Positions 44,695 to 54,560 of a stretch of DNA of 64,000 nt are shown here, one piece after another. How positions within the stretch are numbered: position 1 is the first letter of the stretch; every line of letters starts with the position of its first letter. The stretch lies in the IMG/VR virus record IMGVR_UViG_3300009528_000013, positions 53,771 to 117,770 of that record. One strand, written 5' to 3'. The translations under genes were made by a program, and so were the position numbers. The notes beneath the pieces are model-generated. The model was not told the origin of the DNA. It was given only the letters and a program-made list of their open reading frames with translations, and searched no databases. Source of the stretch: a virus.

Positions 44695-44844
44695 TCACGA
44701 TTCTCCTTCCTTTGTTCGAGTCTTTCCATCCGCTCTCCATCTGGCCAGCCGGCCTACAACCAGGCCAAATAAAAAACAGGCGATCCCATTGCCTACGATC
44801 ACGAGCCACGAGAAATTACTGATCACTGACTTCTCCTCGATCAT
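44695..44844 (-). CDS. Small single-TM protein (holin-like candidate)
   Basis: ATGA overlap with the amidase stop; hydrophobic FSWLVIVGNGIACFLFGLVVG followed by a basic tail. Confidence 0.45.
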   Translation of the reverse strand: MIEEKSVISNFSWLVIVGNGIACFLFGLVVGRLARWRADGKTRTKEGES

Positions 44845-45443
44845 TGCAGCGCTTCTACAAAGTTCCAGATTCCCAGAGCGTGTCCCCATGCGATTCTCGG
44901 AACAAGTGACCCTTCTTTCAGGGCGATCGCCACGGGATCGTGAGTGATAAACGCCGCTTCCGTCAGAATAGCGGCAGGCTTCGTATTTCGAAGAAATGCC
45001 AGCGTATGATTCGAACGAATGCGTCGATTGCGAAAACCAAGAGTCTTTACGAGTGCTACCTGAAGATGTTGCGCGGCCAGATTCCCAATCGCAGATCCGG
45101 GATAATACCAGACCTCGGTGCCATTGATCGCTGCATCGATGGCCGGCGTCTCTACACCGACCGATGGCGAAGGCGCATTCAAATGAATCTCGATGGCGAG
45201 TTCGATGAACTCCCGCTTATGTTCCGCATTGATGATCTGAATTTTCTCCTCCAGTGAACAGGAGGAAATCGTAACCACCTCAACCGAACTGTACTCGAGC
45301 ATTGACCAAAGCGTGAATCCGATCTGCTTGACCGCCTCGAATTCAGTCAATCCGGTACTCTTGTTTATCGCACCCGGGTCGTAAAGAAGCTCACCGAATT
45401 CGTTGTTTCCGTACCCATGACCAATAGACATTGCAATCCTCAT
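44841..45443 (-). CDS. N-acetylmuramoyl-L-alanine amidase (Amidase_3), putative endolysin
   Basis: SIGHG, E, EIHLNA, GTEVWY, PAAILTEAAFIT. Confidence 0.9.
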   Translation of the reverse strand: MRIAMSIGHGYGNNEFGELLYDPGAINKSTGLTEFEAVKQIGFTLWSMLEYSSVEVVTISSCSLEEKIQIINAEHKREFIELAIEIHLNAPSPSVGVETPAIDAAINGTEVWYYPGSAIGNLAAQHLQVALVKTLGFRNRRIRSNHTLAFLRNTKPAAILTEAAFITHDPVAIALKEGSLVPRIAWGHALGIWNFVEALQ

Positions 45444-45748
45444 TTTTTCCTCGCTTTCTCTACCAGCTTGTTCCACTCCGCTAACTTCCTATTTGCGATT
45501 GCCTTCTTTGACTTGGTGGCGTCGAAGTCTTCCTTCCCCCGCGCGCGTTCAAATCTCTTCCAACAATTCAGACAGGTATTTTCATCCTTCAGATAAACAT
45601 TTTCCTCCATTTCCTGAACGTCCCAATCCGGAGATTCAGTAGTCGGCCAAGGAGTACACCCCGCTCTCTTGGTTTTTTCGTTGACAATATGAATCTTTGT
45701 CTTATCCCACTTACTCTTCCCGGATGTTCTTTTTACGAGGACTTTCAT
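45440..45748 (-). CDS. Hypothetical protein
   Basis: ATGA-coupled to both neighbours; HIV...AGC...CLNC pattern. Confidence 0.6.
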   Translation of the reverse strand: MKVLVKRTSGKSKWDKTKIHIVNEKTKRAGCTPWPTTESPDWDVQEMEENVYLKDENTCLNCWKRFERARGKEDFDATKSKKAIANRKLAEWNKLVEKARKK

Positions 45749-46611
45749 TCGGAAGGCTCCTGTTCTTTTCGGTATTTGTAATCCTTCCAGGCATCAGTGA
45801 TTGTCTTGTACGTCCTGTAATAATGCAGATTGATGAAGCGTCTAAATGATCTGGTATATTCAGTTCTTGAGTAGAGCATTGGATAAGGAGTCAGACCGTG
45901 ATCGTTGATGACCTGACACCGGTGAAGATCTTCCTCCATAGTCGTGTCGAAACCGATCAACACGTACACCAGATTGTTGACGGATCGCAGGTGATATTCT
46001 TTGAGTAACTTCAATCCCCTGATGATCTTTGGTTCATCTGTTATCCGATCCCAAGCAAAATGAATTCCGGTATAGAAATTCGTTTGCTTGAGCGCTTCCG
46101 CTTGCTCGTGATCTACGAGTCTGAGATCGTACCCATTTTCATCGATAACAGTCAGACCGGCGTCCCAGATTTCTTCAAAGGTCTCCCTCCATTGGGGATC
46201 GCTGAAAGTGTTGTTGTTCAGAAGACATATCTTTCGAAATCTGGGTTCGTGGAATTCCCAAATCGAATGATGGACCCGGGGATTACGCTGTTTCGGTACG
46301 ACGCAGAACTTACATCTGCGCGGGCAATACGACCAAGTATAGCCCAGAGAATAATCCATATTCGGGAACAGATCGTAATCGGGTCTTTCCATCTCACAGG
46401 GTGATCGATTATACGGACTGATGGCCGGCCCCCCTTCCAGATCACAGTTGTATTTGAGAGATGAAGTAAAAAGCCAGGATCCATAGGAAACATCCGTTGG
46501 CCGGAGAGGTTGATTCAGAGCTACCTCATCGCCCTGCTTTTTATGGTAAGTCGAAATCTTCATCAACGCCAGATTATGACGCGGCGCGTCTGTTAGGAGA
46601 TTGACTTTCAT
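45745..46611 (-). CDS. Radical SAM protein (phage type)
   Basis: CPRRCKFC (CxxxCxxC); NLALMKIS; YVLIGFD. Confidence 0.88.
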   Translation of the reverse strand: MKVNLLTDAPRHNLALMKISTYHKKQGDEVALNQPLRPTDVSYGSWLFTSSLKYNCDLEGGPAISPYNRSPCEMERPDYDLFPNMDYSLGYTWSYCPRRCKFCVVPKQRNPRVHHSIWEFHEPRFRKICLLNNNTFSDPQWRETFEEIWDAGLTVIDENGYDLRLVDHEQAEALKQTNFYTGIHFAWDRITDEPKIIRGLKLLKEYHLRSVNNLVYVLIGFDTTMEEDLHRCQVINDHGLTPYPMLYSRTEYTRSFRRFINLHYYRTYKTITDAWKDYKYRKEQEPSE

Positions 46612-46835
46612 TTGGGACTCACCTTCTGACAACTTTCTTCCTTCTCAAACACCGTCACCGGTTTGATCGCGATAACACCCGATGAGAAGAGATAGGGCTT
46701 ATCGAAATCCTCTTGAAGATGCAAATCTTGCGCCAGAATATGAAAATGTTCCGAGAGAAGTCTAAACGCATCATCCAAAGCTCTTGCCTGAAAACAGACA
46801 TCGGCTTTCATTCTAAACTTGATCAACATACGCAT
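46608..46835 (-). CDS. Hypothetical protein
   Basis: GAAGGAG SD; coupled to the radical SAM gene. Confidence 0.5.
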   Translation of the reverse strand: MRMLIKFRMKADVCFQARALDDAFRLLSEHFHILAQDLHLQEDFDKPYLFSSGVIAIKPVTVFEKEESCQKVSPK

Positions 46836-46859
46836 CTCCTTCCCACAATGCTTGAGACA

Positions 46860-47069
46860 TCATAACTTTCCAAAATAGCTCTTTTCTTGCCTCAGTTTGA
46901 CTATAAGGGGGATATCATCGAGCACTCTAATCAACTCTTCGCCGATTCGAAGAACGGGGACGGAACGGTTTCTGGGAAAGGGTAAATCATTCACCTGTTC
47001 ATAGTAATCGATCTTTCTCAATTTCTTTTCCCCGGAAATCCGTACTTCCATCACGTCATCTTGTTCCAT
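46860..47069 (-). CDS. Hypothetical protein
   Basis: GAGGAAGGA SD upstream of ATG 47069. Confidence 0.5.
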   Translation of the reverse strand: MEQDDVMEVRISGEKKLRKIDYYEQVNDLPFPRNRSVPVLRIGEELIRVLDDIPLIVKLRQEKSYFGKL

Positions 47070-47079
47070 TCCTTCCTCT

Positions 47080-49224
47080 CTAAAGCTTTCCAATCGCGGC
47101 AACCCCGTCTTCTTCTTTGACCTCGAAGATTTCCGAAGTTCTAAGAAGCTCGGGGTCGTAAGTCGCAACTATGATCTGTGGGTACACTTCCCGTAGCTTA
47201 TCAAGGACTCCCGAAACGTTCAATGAAATCCTGCGGTCCGTCTTGCTCGTTGGCTCATCCCAAAAACAAAACCCGAGATTGCCTTCATTTTTCATCTGAT
47301 TGTAGTAAAGCAAACCCGCTCGTTGGGCAATCGATACGCCCTGAGTTTCACCTCCGCTCAACTCATTCACATCAAGCTCCACCCCGTTGATCTCGCATTG
47401 GATTCCTAAGCTCTCTCGGATCTCGTCCTTTTTTGTCTTCAGCAGTTTTTCCATCACGAACGAAAGTTTGATGTCTTTCCCAGTATTGGCGAAAACAATA
47501 TCGAGGTATTCCTGAATGATATGTTCAAAAAGATCGAGCTCATTCTTAAGTAACAGCGCCTGGGCCCCTCTTCGGGAAAAGCCTTCTTCAAGAATGCCCC
47601 AGATTTCCATCTCGGCGTCAGAGATTAAAATCTCTTTTCCGATCTCTTCGACCTGCCCCTTAATTTGGTGGATCTCTTCGACATTTTGCTCGGCGATAGT
47701 CAGGCTTCGCCGAGTGTTCTGAAGCTTTCCTTTCAAAACCGAGTTCGTTTCTTTAGCTTCCGACCACCGTTTTCGGAGTTGATCTAACAACTCCGGGAAC
47801 TCTCTCGCCTTTGGATCGATCTGGATCTCTGCCGAATCTTCCTTCAATTTCACAATGCGATCGGCCAGTTGTTTTTGTTCTCGCAATAACGATTCGTGAG
47901 TTGTTTTCCGAAGCTCAATGGACTGCTTCAATTCTAATAGTTCACGTTCTTTGTCTTCGAGATCAGCGAATCGCTCAAGCTTTCCCAATGTAATCGAAAC
48001 CGCTCCTTCACGGGCCCGGACAATTTCTCCTGCCGCATCCATTTCTCCGTCGATCCCGTCCAGCGCCTTCGCCAAATCGGGCAGCGCCCGTTTGGCTTCG
48101 GCAGCGTCTTTCACGAATGGACAGATCTTCTGGAGGTCCTCGTCGCAGGGAACGTCGTCCAGGGTCGAAATGGCCTTCCGAAGATTTTGGAATATCCCAA
48201 ACTTCTCAATACGTCTTGACTCGATCCTTCGCAAATTCTGTTCCGCCTCGATGCGTTTATTTTGAAGCTCCTGAAGCTCCTTTTGAAGATCGGCTTTCTC
48301 TCTCTTCTCGGTCCTTAACAACTGCAATTGGTGCGGATCGAAGGTCTCCTCGACGTAAGCTTCGATTTCTTTCGTGACTTGATCGAGACGTTTCTGCTCG
48401 GTTTCCTGTTCTTTACTCAATCGAGTCAGCGTCTCAAGCTGAAATTGAACTTCGACGAATGCCACCTTCAGGTCGCTACCCTCCTTCGAAATTCTCGCAA
48501 GTTCGGCGTTCGACTCGGCGAGAACCAGATCTTGTCGTGCGATGTCCTTCCGGATATCGAGAATCGGGACAGCCTGTTTCCCCGAGATCTCTACGAAGCG
48601 ATCTTGGACGAAAGAAAGTCTTTGCTTCACCTTTCGGTTTCGATCTTCTTCCATCTGACGCTCTGATTTCGAGGCCTCGTGGAGTGAGTCGAATTCGGCA
48701 AAGAGCAGCGGTGAAAGCAACGTTCCGAGGATCTCTCTCCGCTCTTCTTGACTGGCCGTGAGCAGAGACGCTCCTGTCTGAGCGGCAAAGTTAGTGACCA
48801 GGAAGACCTCGTAAGGCGGGAAAAGCGGATCCAGAATCTTCTTCGCATCGGAAATCTTCCCGGAGCTAATCTGAACCCATTCCCCTTCCCGATCTTCAGA
48901 GATAAAGACTCGATGTTCGGATCCGGTGACGTTCTCACCCTGCATCCAAGTTCGGGCGATCTTTAGTCTTCGTCCACCCTCTCCATTCTCAGCGACCACC
49001 GCCTCAATTGAACACTTTCCCCTCCAAGATCGAGATGCCGATTGATAGACATTCGCATCCCTGGAAGGACTTATGCCGTAGATCGCAAGAGGAACCGCTT
49101 CGATCAACGAGGTTTTTCCACTTCCCGAATCACCGACAAAAGTTAAGATCGGGACATCCGGGAAGTTGAACTCGGTCTCCGCGTGATTTGCTATCTTTAG
49201 AAGCTTGATATTCTCGATACGCAA
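47080..49224 (-). CDS. sbcC: SbcC/Rad50-like SMC ATPase
   Basis: Walker A GDSGSGKTS, coiled coils with central C...CPF hook region, LSGGE signature, Walker B FWDEP. Confidence 0.88.
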   Translation of the reverse strand: MRIENIKLLKIANHAETEFNFPDVPILTFVGDSGSGKTSLIEAVPLAIYGISPSRDANVYQSASRSWRGKCSIEAVVAENGEGGRRLKIARTWMQGENVTGSEHRVFISEDREGEWVQISSGKISDAKKILDPLFPPYEVFLVTNFAAQTGASLLTASQEERREILGTLLSPLLFAEFDSLHEASKSERQMEEDRNRKVKQRLSFVQDRFVEISGKQAVPILDIRKDIARQDLVLAESNAELARISKEGSDLKVAFVEVQFQLETLTRLSKEQETEQKRLDQVTKEIEAYVEETFDPHQLQLLRTEKREKADLQKELQELQNKRIEAEQNLRRIESRRIEKFGIFQNLRKAISTLDDVPCDEDLQKICPFVKDAAEAKRALPDLAKALDGIDGEMDAAGEIVRAREGAVSITLGKLERFADLEDKERELLELKQSIELRKTTHESLLREQKQLADRIVKLKEDSAEIQIDPKAREFPELLDQLRKRWSEAKETNSVLKGKLQNTRRSLTIAEQNVEEIHQIKGQVEEIGKEILISDAEMEIWGILEEGFSRRGAQALLLKNELDLFEHIIQEYLDIVFANTGKDIKLSFVMEKLLKTKKDEIRESLGIQCEINGVELDVNELSGGETQGVSIAQRAGLLYYNQMKNEGNLGFCFWDEPTSKTDRRISLNVSGVLDKLREVYPQIIVATYDPELLRTSEIFEVKEEDGVAAIGKL

Positions 49225-49478
49225 TTTAAGTCTCCTTCATTTCCCAGCGATAGATAGATATCATCCGCTCTTTTCATCGCCAACATTACTGCTGTTCTCG
49301 CCAAAACGATTGCATTCTCCCTCGCCGCTCTCTTCCGTCGCCCCCAAGGTTTTTTCATCTTTGCCGTTGAAAGATATATCTCCATTTCCTTATCGACCGC
49401 CCTCCACGACTTCGATAGTGCCTCTATCTCCGCCCTTTGTTCTTCCGTAGCATTCTCTATAATGGGGAATTCAAACAT
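49197..49478 (-). CDS. Hypothetical protein
   Basis: GAGG SD and ATG; helical. Confidence 0.5.
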   Translation of the reverse strand: MFEFPIIENATEEQRAEIEALSKSWRAVDKEMEIYLSTAKMKKPWGRRKRAARENAIVLARTAVMLAMKRADDIYLSLGNEGDLNCVSRISSF

Positions 49479-49488
49479 AGTCAACCTC

Positions 49489-50283
49489 TCATGAGTCAGG
49501 ATAAAGTTTACGCAACTCAACCACAAACTGATTCGCATCCATTCCATCGCCAAAGTAGTAATCGTCCCAGTTCTCAGGCTTCATCTCTAATCCACCGCCT
49601 GATCTCCTAAGTCCGGCAATTCCCATATCCCATTGTTCTTGTGCAGGCATTGTGTCCCAAGCATCCCAATTCTTTTCCCCATCGACCCACTGGGGATCGC
49701 TAAGAACGGGAACAAAGCCTGCGACCTCTTCGTTTGGAAATGAATTGCAAACGCTGTAACTGGTGACAACCGGAGACGAATCATCTTCCTTCAACAATTT
49801 GATCACCGATTCCCAACCCGCATCGCCATGAAAGAATTCAAATGCTCTGCCTTGTCTGATGATGTCAGCGAGCCATCTTCGATTAGGCCCCTCAACGTAG
49901 GCATGTATTTCACTCTGAGCGTGTAGCCGGACACCGAGTCGAACTGGATCGGAACCCAAATAATATGTGGTATTCAGTTGCAGAGTGAACAAATTGACTT
50001 TCTTTTCTCCGAACATCACCGTACCTTCTGCCAACCGGAAATACAAAGCGGCATCTTCAGCGAAGCAATCTCTTCTTAAAGCGTAATGATCTTCCGGGAA
50101 GATATTGCGAAGAATAGATTGTCTTCCTGTGCTTTCATCTGCGAGAAGCCGGAAAACTGCCCAAGTTACATCCGCACAGAAAAGGTTGCCAAAATACGCT
50201 CGCTCCGAGCCTCTTACTCCGGCTCTTTTGAGGAGGCCAGTTACACCGCTCTTGTCAATTGAATGAAACCAAATCCTTGACAT
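49489..50283 (-). CDS. Hypothetical protein
   Basis: AAGGA SD; 264-aa open frame in operon orientation. Confidence 0.7.
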   Translation of the reverse strand: MSRIWFHSIDKSGVTGLLKRAGVRGSERAYFGNLFCADVTWAVFRLLADESTGRQSILRNIFPEDHYALRRDCFAEDAALYFRLAEGTVMFGEKKVNLFTLQLNTTYYLGSDPVRLGVRLHAQSEIHAYVEGPNRRWLADIIRQGRAFEFFHGDAGWESVIKLLKEDDSSPVVTSYSVCNSFPNEEVAGFVPVLSDPQWVDGEKNWDAWDTMPAQEQWDMGIAGLRRSGGGLEMKPENWDDYYFGDGMDANQFVVELRKLYPDS

Positions 50284-50843
50284 CTTGGTTTTCCTTTCGT
50301 GGAAAGTCAACTTTTCTCAACTGGCTCTTCCATAAATATCTACTTCGGGTGTGTTCTCTTTGCTGCCCCAGAAAGATTGGCCACAAGCACAACACGTCCA
50401 TATACCTCCGCTATGTTGCCACCGTTGAGAGGAAGGATGCTGACAAATTAACTTCTCGTTGCGCTCTGAACCGTGTACCGCAACTCCTTCATTGGTTATT
50501 TGAAGACTGATCTTTAGCATACCAATTTTTCCTTGTTTTGGGGGTAAAAAGGAAGCTTGGAGGGGTCAAGTCAAGCCGCATTGCCACCATCCTGCCCTTG
50601 AAAGCCATTTTAGGTGTCAACCCACCACCCGTCCTATTTGAGGGGCTTAAAATCCATTTGGGCATTTCCACGGGACCTCTCGTGTCTTCCCCTTCCATCC
50701 GGTTTGTTTGCAATCTCCAAACCCTACTCGGTATGATCCGTTCTCCGACTCCGAATCATTGACAGAAGCTCGGGAATTGCCCGTATACAGTACGCGGCAT
50801 CCGCTAAGATCTCCATCATCGCACCGTTATCGACAACCAGCGG

Positions 50844-51146
50844 TTAGTGAAGACCGCGCAGTCTCATTGGCGATTGCGCGATCGTTGTAATTATAGTCCC
50901 AGGATGCCCCCCTGGTTTCATACACCTTTCGAAACTTTCGAGTTGCCGTTCATTCGCCACGATCACAGATACGCGCTCTCGTTGAGCCAGCCACGCCAGC
51001 ATAGTCGTTGTTCCGGTCTGACGAGAAGCCTCAAATGCCCTAAGAAGCATTTGGGGAACGTTCCGACTCGCTATGCGGTGGAGTTCTTCGAACCACTTCT
51101 GCTTTTTCCTTTCTTCAGTGCCCTCTCGAAAAAGATTGTCCGACAT
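50844..51146 (-). CDS. Hypothetical protein
   Basis: Open frame in operon orientation; SRQTGTTT resembles a degenerate P-loop. Confidence 0.45.
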   Translation of the reverse strand: MSDNLFREGTEERKKQKWFEELHRIASRNVPQMLLRAFEASRQTGTTTMLAWLAQRERVSVIVANERQLESFERCMKPGGHPGTIITTIAQSPMRLRGLH

Positions 51147-51161
51147 AGTTGCCCCCTTTCA

Positions 51162-51362
51162 CTACTCTTCGCTTAAAAAATCTCCCCAACTACAATGACA
51201 TGCTCTGCACCCACATTCACCCTTGCACGGTTTCGGGCATTCCGGTTTACAGGTACAAGCTTCCCAGAATTCGCTCTCAGAAGGATCGAGAAAAGAGTCT
51301 TTATAGATTCCCACTGGCGGATACGGATACCGTTTCTTTCCTTCTTCGGTTGGAATACCCAT
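51162..51362 (-). CDS. Small Cys-rich protein
   Basis: GGAG/AAGGA SD; CTCKPECPKPCKGECGCRACHC. Confidence 0.55.
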   Translation of the reverse strand: MGIPTEEGKKRYPYPPVGIYKDSFLDPSESEFWEACTCKPECPKPCKGECGCRACHCSWGDFLSEE

Positions 51363-51366
51363 TCCT

Positions 51367-51588
51367 TCAATCTCCTGATGGAAAATACTTATCGGCCAAT
51401 TGGCGAACGATGCTGATGTTGTACTCCGATGCCTCGATGTACCATTGCCGATCTTCGGGATCGTAATCACGCTCTGAAGATGAAATCTGAAACTTTAAGT
51501 CGGCGATGAAGCCCTTCCAATTGCTGAACTGAAAGTCCGCGTCGGTGAGGCTGAGTATAAGAAAACCGGCGCTCCGATTCCAGAGCAT
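51367..51588 (-). CDS. Hypothetical protein
   Basis: AAGGA SD; RDYDPEDRQWYI motif. Confidence 0.5.
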   Translation of the reverse strand: MLWNRSAGFLILSLTDADFQFSNWKGFIADLKFQISSSERDYDPEDRQWYIEASEYNISIVRQLADKYFPSGD

Positions 51589-51605
51589 TTGATTCTTTCC
51601 TTTGC

Positions 51606-51989
51606 TTAGAAACCTAATGTCCAGGTTATAGTGACGGTATCCCCAGGATCCACTGAGATCCAGGGCGAAAGCCTCTTCCAGAACATCTTCTTCCGGATCT
51701 GTACACCTATCTGTCGGATTTCGGTTCGCTTCGGGACACTGAACTCCACCTTTATCTCCATATGGAATCCATTGTCCGCGATTTCCACACCCACCTTCGT
51801 TAATTCGAGTTCGTAGGGGCGTCCACCAATCGACTTCCTCGTCCATAACTTGAATTCTCGATAGCCGCTCAGGAGGATCTCTATGGCTTCGATTTCCTTC
51901 TCTACGAGTGCTATACCTTGCCGTAGCTTTGCCTTGCCCTTATAGCACGCGCAATCCAAATAATGGTTGAGACAGGTTTCACAATGCAT
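51606..51989 (-). CDS. Hypothetical protein
   Basis: GGGAGG SD; N-terminal CETC...CAC. Confidence 0.55.
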   Translation of the reverse strand: MHCETCLNHYLDCACYKGKAKLRQGIALVEKEIEAIEILLSGYREFKLWTRKSIGGRPYELELTKVGVEIADNGFHMEIKVEFSVPKRTEIRQIGVQIRKKMFWKRLSPWISVDPGDTVTITWTLGF

Positions 51990-52013
51990 GCCACTTTCCC
52001 TCCCAGTTTCCGA

Positions 52014-52232
52014 TCAAAGGTTGCCGGGTTTGATTCTCTCGGTCGGATCCCATCTGCCTCCAAACCAAACTCCCATCGGTTCTCCTAAAGAACTCAATCT
52101 GGTTTCGTCGTCCAGCTAGATTCTTACAGAGCCTGGCGAGCTTAGCCATTCCCGTTTCTCATCCCACTCTTTCGCCTCGACGCGAACAACCATTCTTCCA
52201 ACCAACTTCCGTCTGACCTCTTCTAGATTCAT
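52014..52232 (-). pseudogene. Small gene interrupted by an in-frame TAG at codon 39 (52116-52118)
   Basis: GAGGAG SD and ATG at 52232; MNLEEVRRKLVGR...SVRI*LDDETRL...KPGNL ends at TGA 52014-52016 and fills the gap between neighbours. Confidence 0.5.
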
Positions 52233-52242
52233 CGTGGTCTCC

Positions 52243-53175
52243 TCATTTATCCGATTCCAGATAGGGCCACTCTTTTCCGACTGCCAACCGGCTTTTTTCC
52301 TCTTGCTCTTGCTCTTGCTCTTGCTCTTTCTCCTTCCTCAATCGTTCTCGTGCATCCTCAAAGAACGGTTCGGCAAACTTGGAAGTCCACGTCCGCTCAT
52401 CGAAGCTCCGCTCTGTCAAGGACTTCAGGAAGCCCTCGAAGTCTCCGAAGTAAGAGCCGTAAATGTGATAGCTGTCTGCGATCCAGACGAGTTGCCCGGG
52501 TCTGATCACTCGTTCAAGCCCTGCGCTCACACGCTCTGCTATGACACGCTGAAGATCGGTGAAGGCGAATAGATTCATAAAAGCCGCCTTGTACGCATCA
52601 TTGCTGCGGATATGTACGTTACAAATAAGCTCATCGCCCACGATCCTGAACCAGATCCTCTGGAGACACGGGGCGAACTCATCCTGAGGGTCGCACCAGA
52701 CTTTCCATGTGACAACTTGAGCCCGTCTGGTATATGGAGCTTCTATAAGCTTCTCAACCACCAGGTCAAGTTGATTGATCGTCCGTGGACGAAGGAGAAC
52801 GCCGCACTCGCTCTCTTTGTGCAGTGGGAGGTCATACTTCGCCAAGCGCCCGTGGTAAGTATGAGACCAGCCACCTTCAGTACGACTGACCCAGTGGTCG
52901 TGTACGCCATAGACCACCTCCTGCCGGTAGGTTTCCAGATCTTCCAATCCCCCTGGGAATGCTCGATGGATTCGAGGTTCCTTCCGGGGCTCCCTCACCA
53001 CCATAATCATCGTGCAGTCCCGGCTCGGTGGATCTCCTTCCTTATCGTATTCTGTCCGAATGGCCGCACCTTCCTCCCAACATGCGATCACCGACCGCTC
53101 CCACACCTCCGGGAGTGTCGACCCGACAATTTTCAATACAGGAATGCCGCTATCGATTGGAGTAGATTTCATCAA
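52243..53175 (-). CDS. thyA: Thymidylate synthase (ThyA family, archaeal-like subtype)
   Basis: TYHGRL, TRRAQ, PCLQ (catalytic Cys), HIRSNDAYKAAFMN, SYHIY. Confidence 0.85.
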   Translation of the reverse strand: MMKSTPIDSGIPVLKIVGSTLPEVWERSVIACWEEGAAIRTEYDKEGDPPSRDCTMIMVVREPRKEPRIHRAFPGGLEDLETYRQEVVYGVHDHWVSRTEGGWSHTYHGRLAKYDLPLHKESECGVLLRPRTINQLDLVVEKLIEAPYTRRAQVVTWKVWCDPQDEFAPCLQRIWFRIVGDELICNVHIRSNDAYKAAFMNLFAFTDLQRVIAERVSAGLERVIRPGQLVWIADSYHIYGSYFGDFEGFLKSLTERSFDERTWTSKFAEPFFEDARERLRKEKEQEQEQEQEEKSRLAVGKEWPYLESDK

Positions 53176-53223
53176 TCTTTCCTCCTACTATGTTGTCCTT
53201 CGGTGAATGTTTAACTCGAATGC

Positions 53224-53595
53224 TCAGACAGTCATTATGAAAGGCTGACCTTCACAAAATTCTTGAATCTCCCTAACAGCGTCCATCGCTGTCGGGAAGG
53301 CATCTTTCATCGGATACTGTTCCCGGTTCCATCCTTCGCGCACTTTAGCCCGGGCGAAGACATCATTGATTTGCGGAGTACTGTCAACGAAGACTCTCAT
53401 TCCCCTCTTTGGCAGATAATCGGGCGTCACCTTATCGTAATGCCAATGGACATGTTGCATATCTCCACCGCACTTCGAGCAGGGAATCATAAACGGTGTT
53501 ACCCCATCCCGGGCGTTCCAGAGAGTCTCCTCGCATCCGTACCTCCCGCATTTGTACCTCATCAGACAAAATGCTTCCGCATGGTTGTATTCCAT
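53224..53595 (-). CDS. Hypothetical zinc-ribbon protein
   Basis: YKCGRYGC...WNARDGVTPFMIPCSKCGG; GAGGAG SD. Confidence 0.6.
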   Translation of the reverse strand: MEYNHAEAFCLMRYKCGRYGCEETLWNARDGVTPFMIPCSKCGGDMQHVHWHYDKVTPDYLPKRGMRVFVDSTPQINDVFARAKVREGWNREQYPMKDAFPTAMDAVREIQEFCEGQPFIMTV

Positions 53596-53608
53596 CGCCC
53601 CCATCTCC

Positions 53609-53896
53609 TCAATTATTGTTCGGTCGCTCCGGCAAAAGTTGCCAGTGAGAAATCTCGTTATTACGCAGGATTCCAGCATCGAATAGCCATTCGTCATCGT
53701 TCACAAACTTTCCCGCTCTGAATTTACCTACGCCACTAAACTTCTCAATGTACATGAAAACCCCCGAACCAGGATGCGGCAATCGTCTATTTGTACTGAT
53801 CCACTTCTTTTTCCCGAGGAGCAGAAAAACGAGGATCGAGAGTACGATTAAGATGAGTGCTAAAGCTAAAGCCCACCATTCTGTATGACTCATCAC
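53609..53896 (-). CDS. DUF551-like protein with N-terminal TM helix
   Basis: WISTNRRLP...ISHWQLLPERP; hydrophobic N-terminus. Confidence 0.6.
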   Translation of the reverse strand: MMSHTEWWALALALILIVLSILVFLLLGKKKWISTNRRLPHPGSGVFMYIEKFSGVGKFRAGKFVNDDEWLFDAGILRNNEISHWQLLPERPNNN

Positions 53897-53905
53897 AGAT
53901 CCTTT

Positions 53906-54178
53906 CTATTCATCGGATGACACCGACTTAACCATCTTCCAGAGCGACTTCATCGATCTCCAAAGCTGATCGCCCGCGAGTTGAGAAATCGGCATGACAT
54001 CTACACCCTCCCCCGATACTTTTACGATGAAGTACGTTGTCTTATGGTCAATAGCAAATTCAGCGAAAATCTCCCTCAATTGTTCGATGGGAAGGGGAGG
54101 ATCTGATTCTATGGATTCTGTTGTAGTCGATGCAACTTGGCCGTCTTCAGTTCCGAACGGAAAGATGATTTTATTCAT
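53906..54178 (-). CDS. Hypothetical protein
   Basis: ATG overlaps the upstream stop region; GGAG SD. Confidence 0.5.
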   Translation of the reverse strand: MNKIIFPFGTEDGQVASTTTESIESDPPLPIEQLREIFAEFAIDHKTTYFIVKVSGEGVDVMPISQLAGDQLWRSMKSLWKMVKSVSSDE

Positions 54179-54560
54179 TACCTTCTTCTCCAACGCCTTC
54201 ATCTGCATAATGTCCGTACTCTGGACTCGTATGGACCACGGATTTGTCCTGACCATAACAGATTGGGATAGTCTTCGCCTCGGGAGGCAGAGGAAAAAGT
54301 GATATGCGAAGATAAGAAAGTTGCCTCTCTAACATCTTGACGAGTACTCTATTCCAAGTCCCACCTGGTAGAGATCGCAAAGCCTCTACGATTTTCTCAG
54401 CATCACGGTCATATAACTCCGCGTGTTCTTTTAACTCCTTGAAATCGGGAAGTTCACCAGCGATCAGAATGGAAACGTCTGGAATTATCTGATTTCCGAT
54501 CGAGCCCGCTTTATATATGGGGACTTCCTTTACGTTTTCCATAAACTTTTCCTTTCCCAT
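54171..54560 (-). CDS. Hypothetical protein
   Basis: Open frame in operon orientation, coupled to neighbours. Confidence 0.55.
   Translation of the reverse strand: MGKEKFMENVKEVPIYKAGSIGNQIIPDVSILIAGELPDFKELKEHAELYDRDAEKIVEALRSLPGGTWNRVLVKMLERQLSYLRISLFPLPPEAKTIPICYGQDKSVVHTSPEYGHYADEGVGEEGNE

Noticed and set aside
52116-52118. Alternative genetic code (TAG reassigned)
   Set aside because: TAG ends many well-defined genes (e.g. at 5033, 12461, 20064, 27098, 33045, 38448) and long genes are intact in the standard code.
52243-53175. ThyA homologue as a dCMP hydroxymethylase feeding DNA glycosylation
   Set aside because: The specificity residue is Asn (dUMP type), and no dNMP kinase, dCTPase or DNA polymerase is in the window. 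Not fully excluded without nucleoside analysis.
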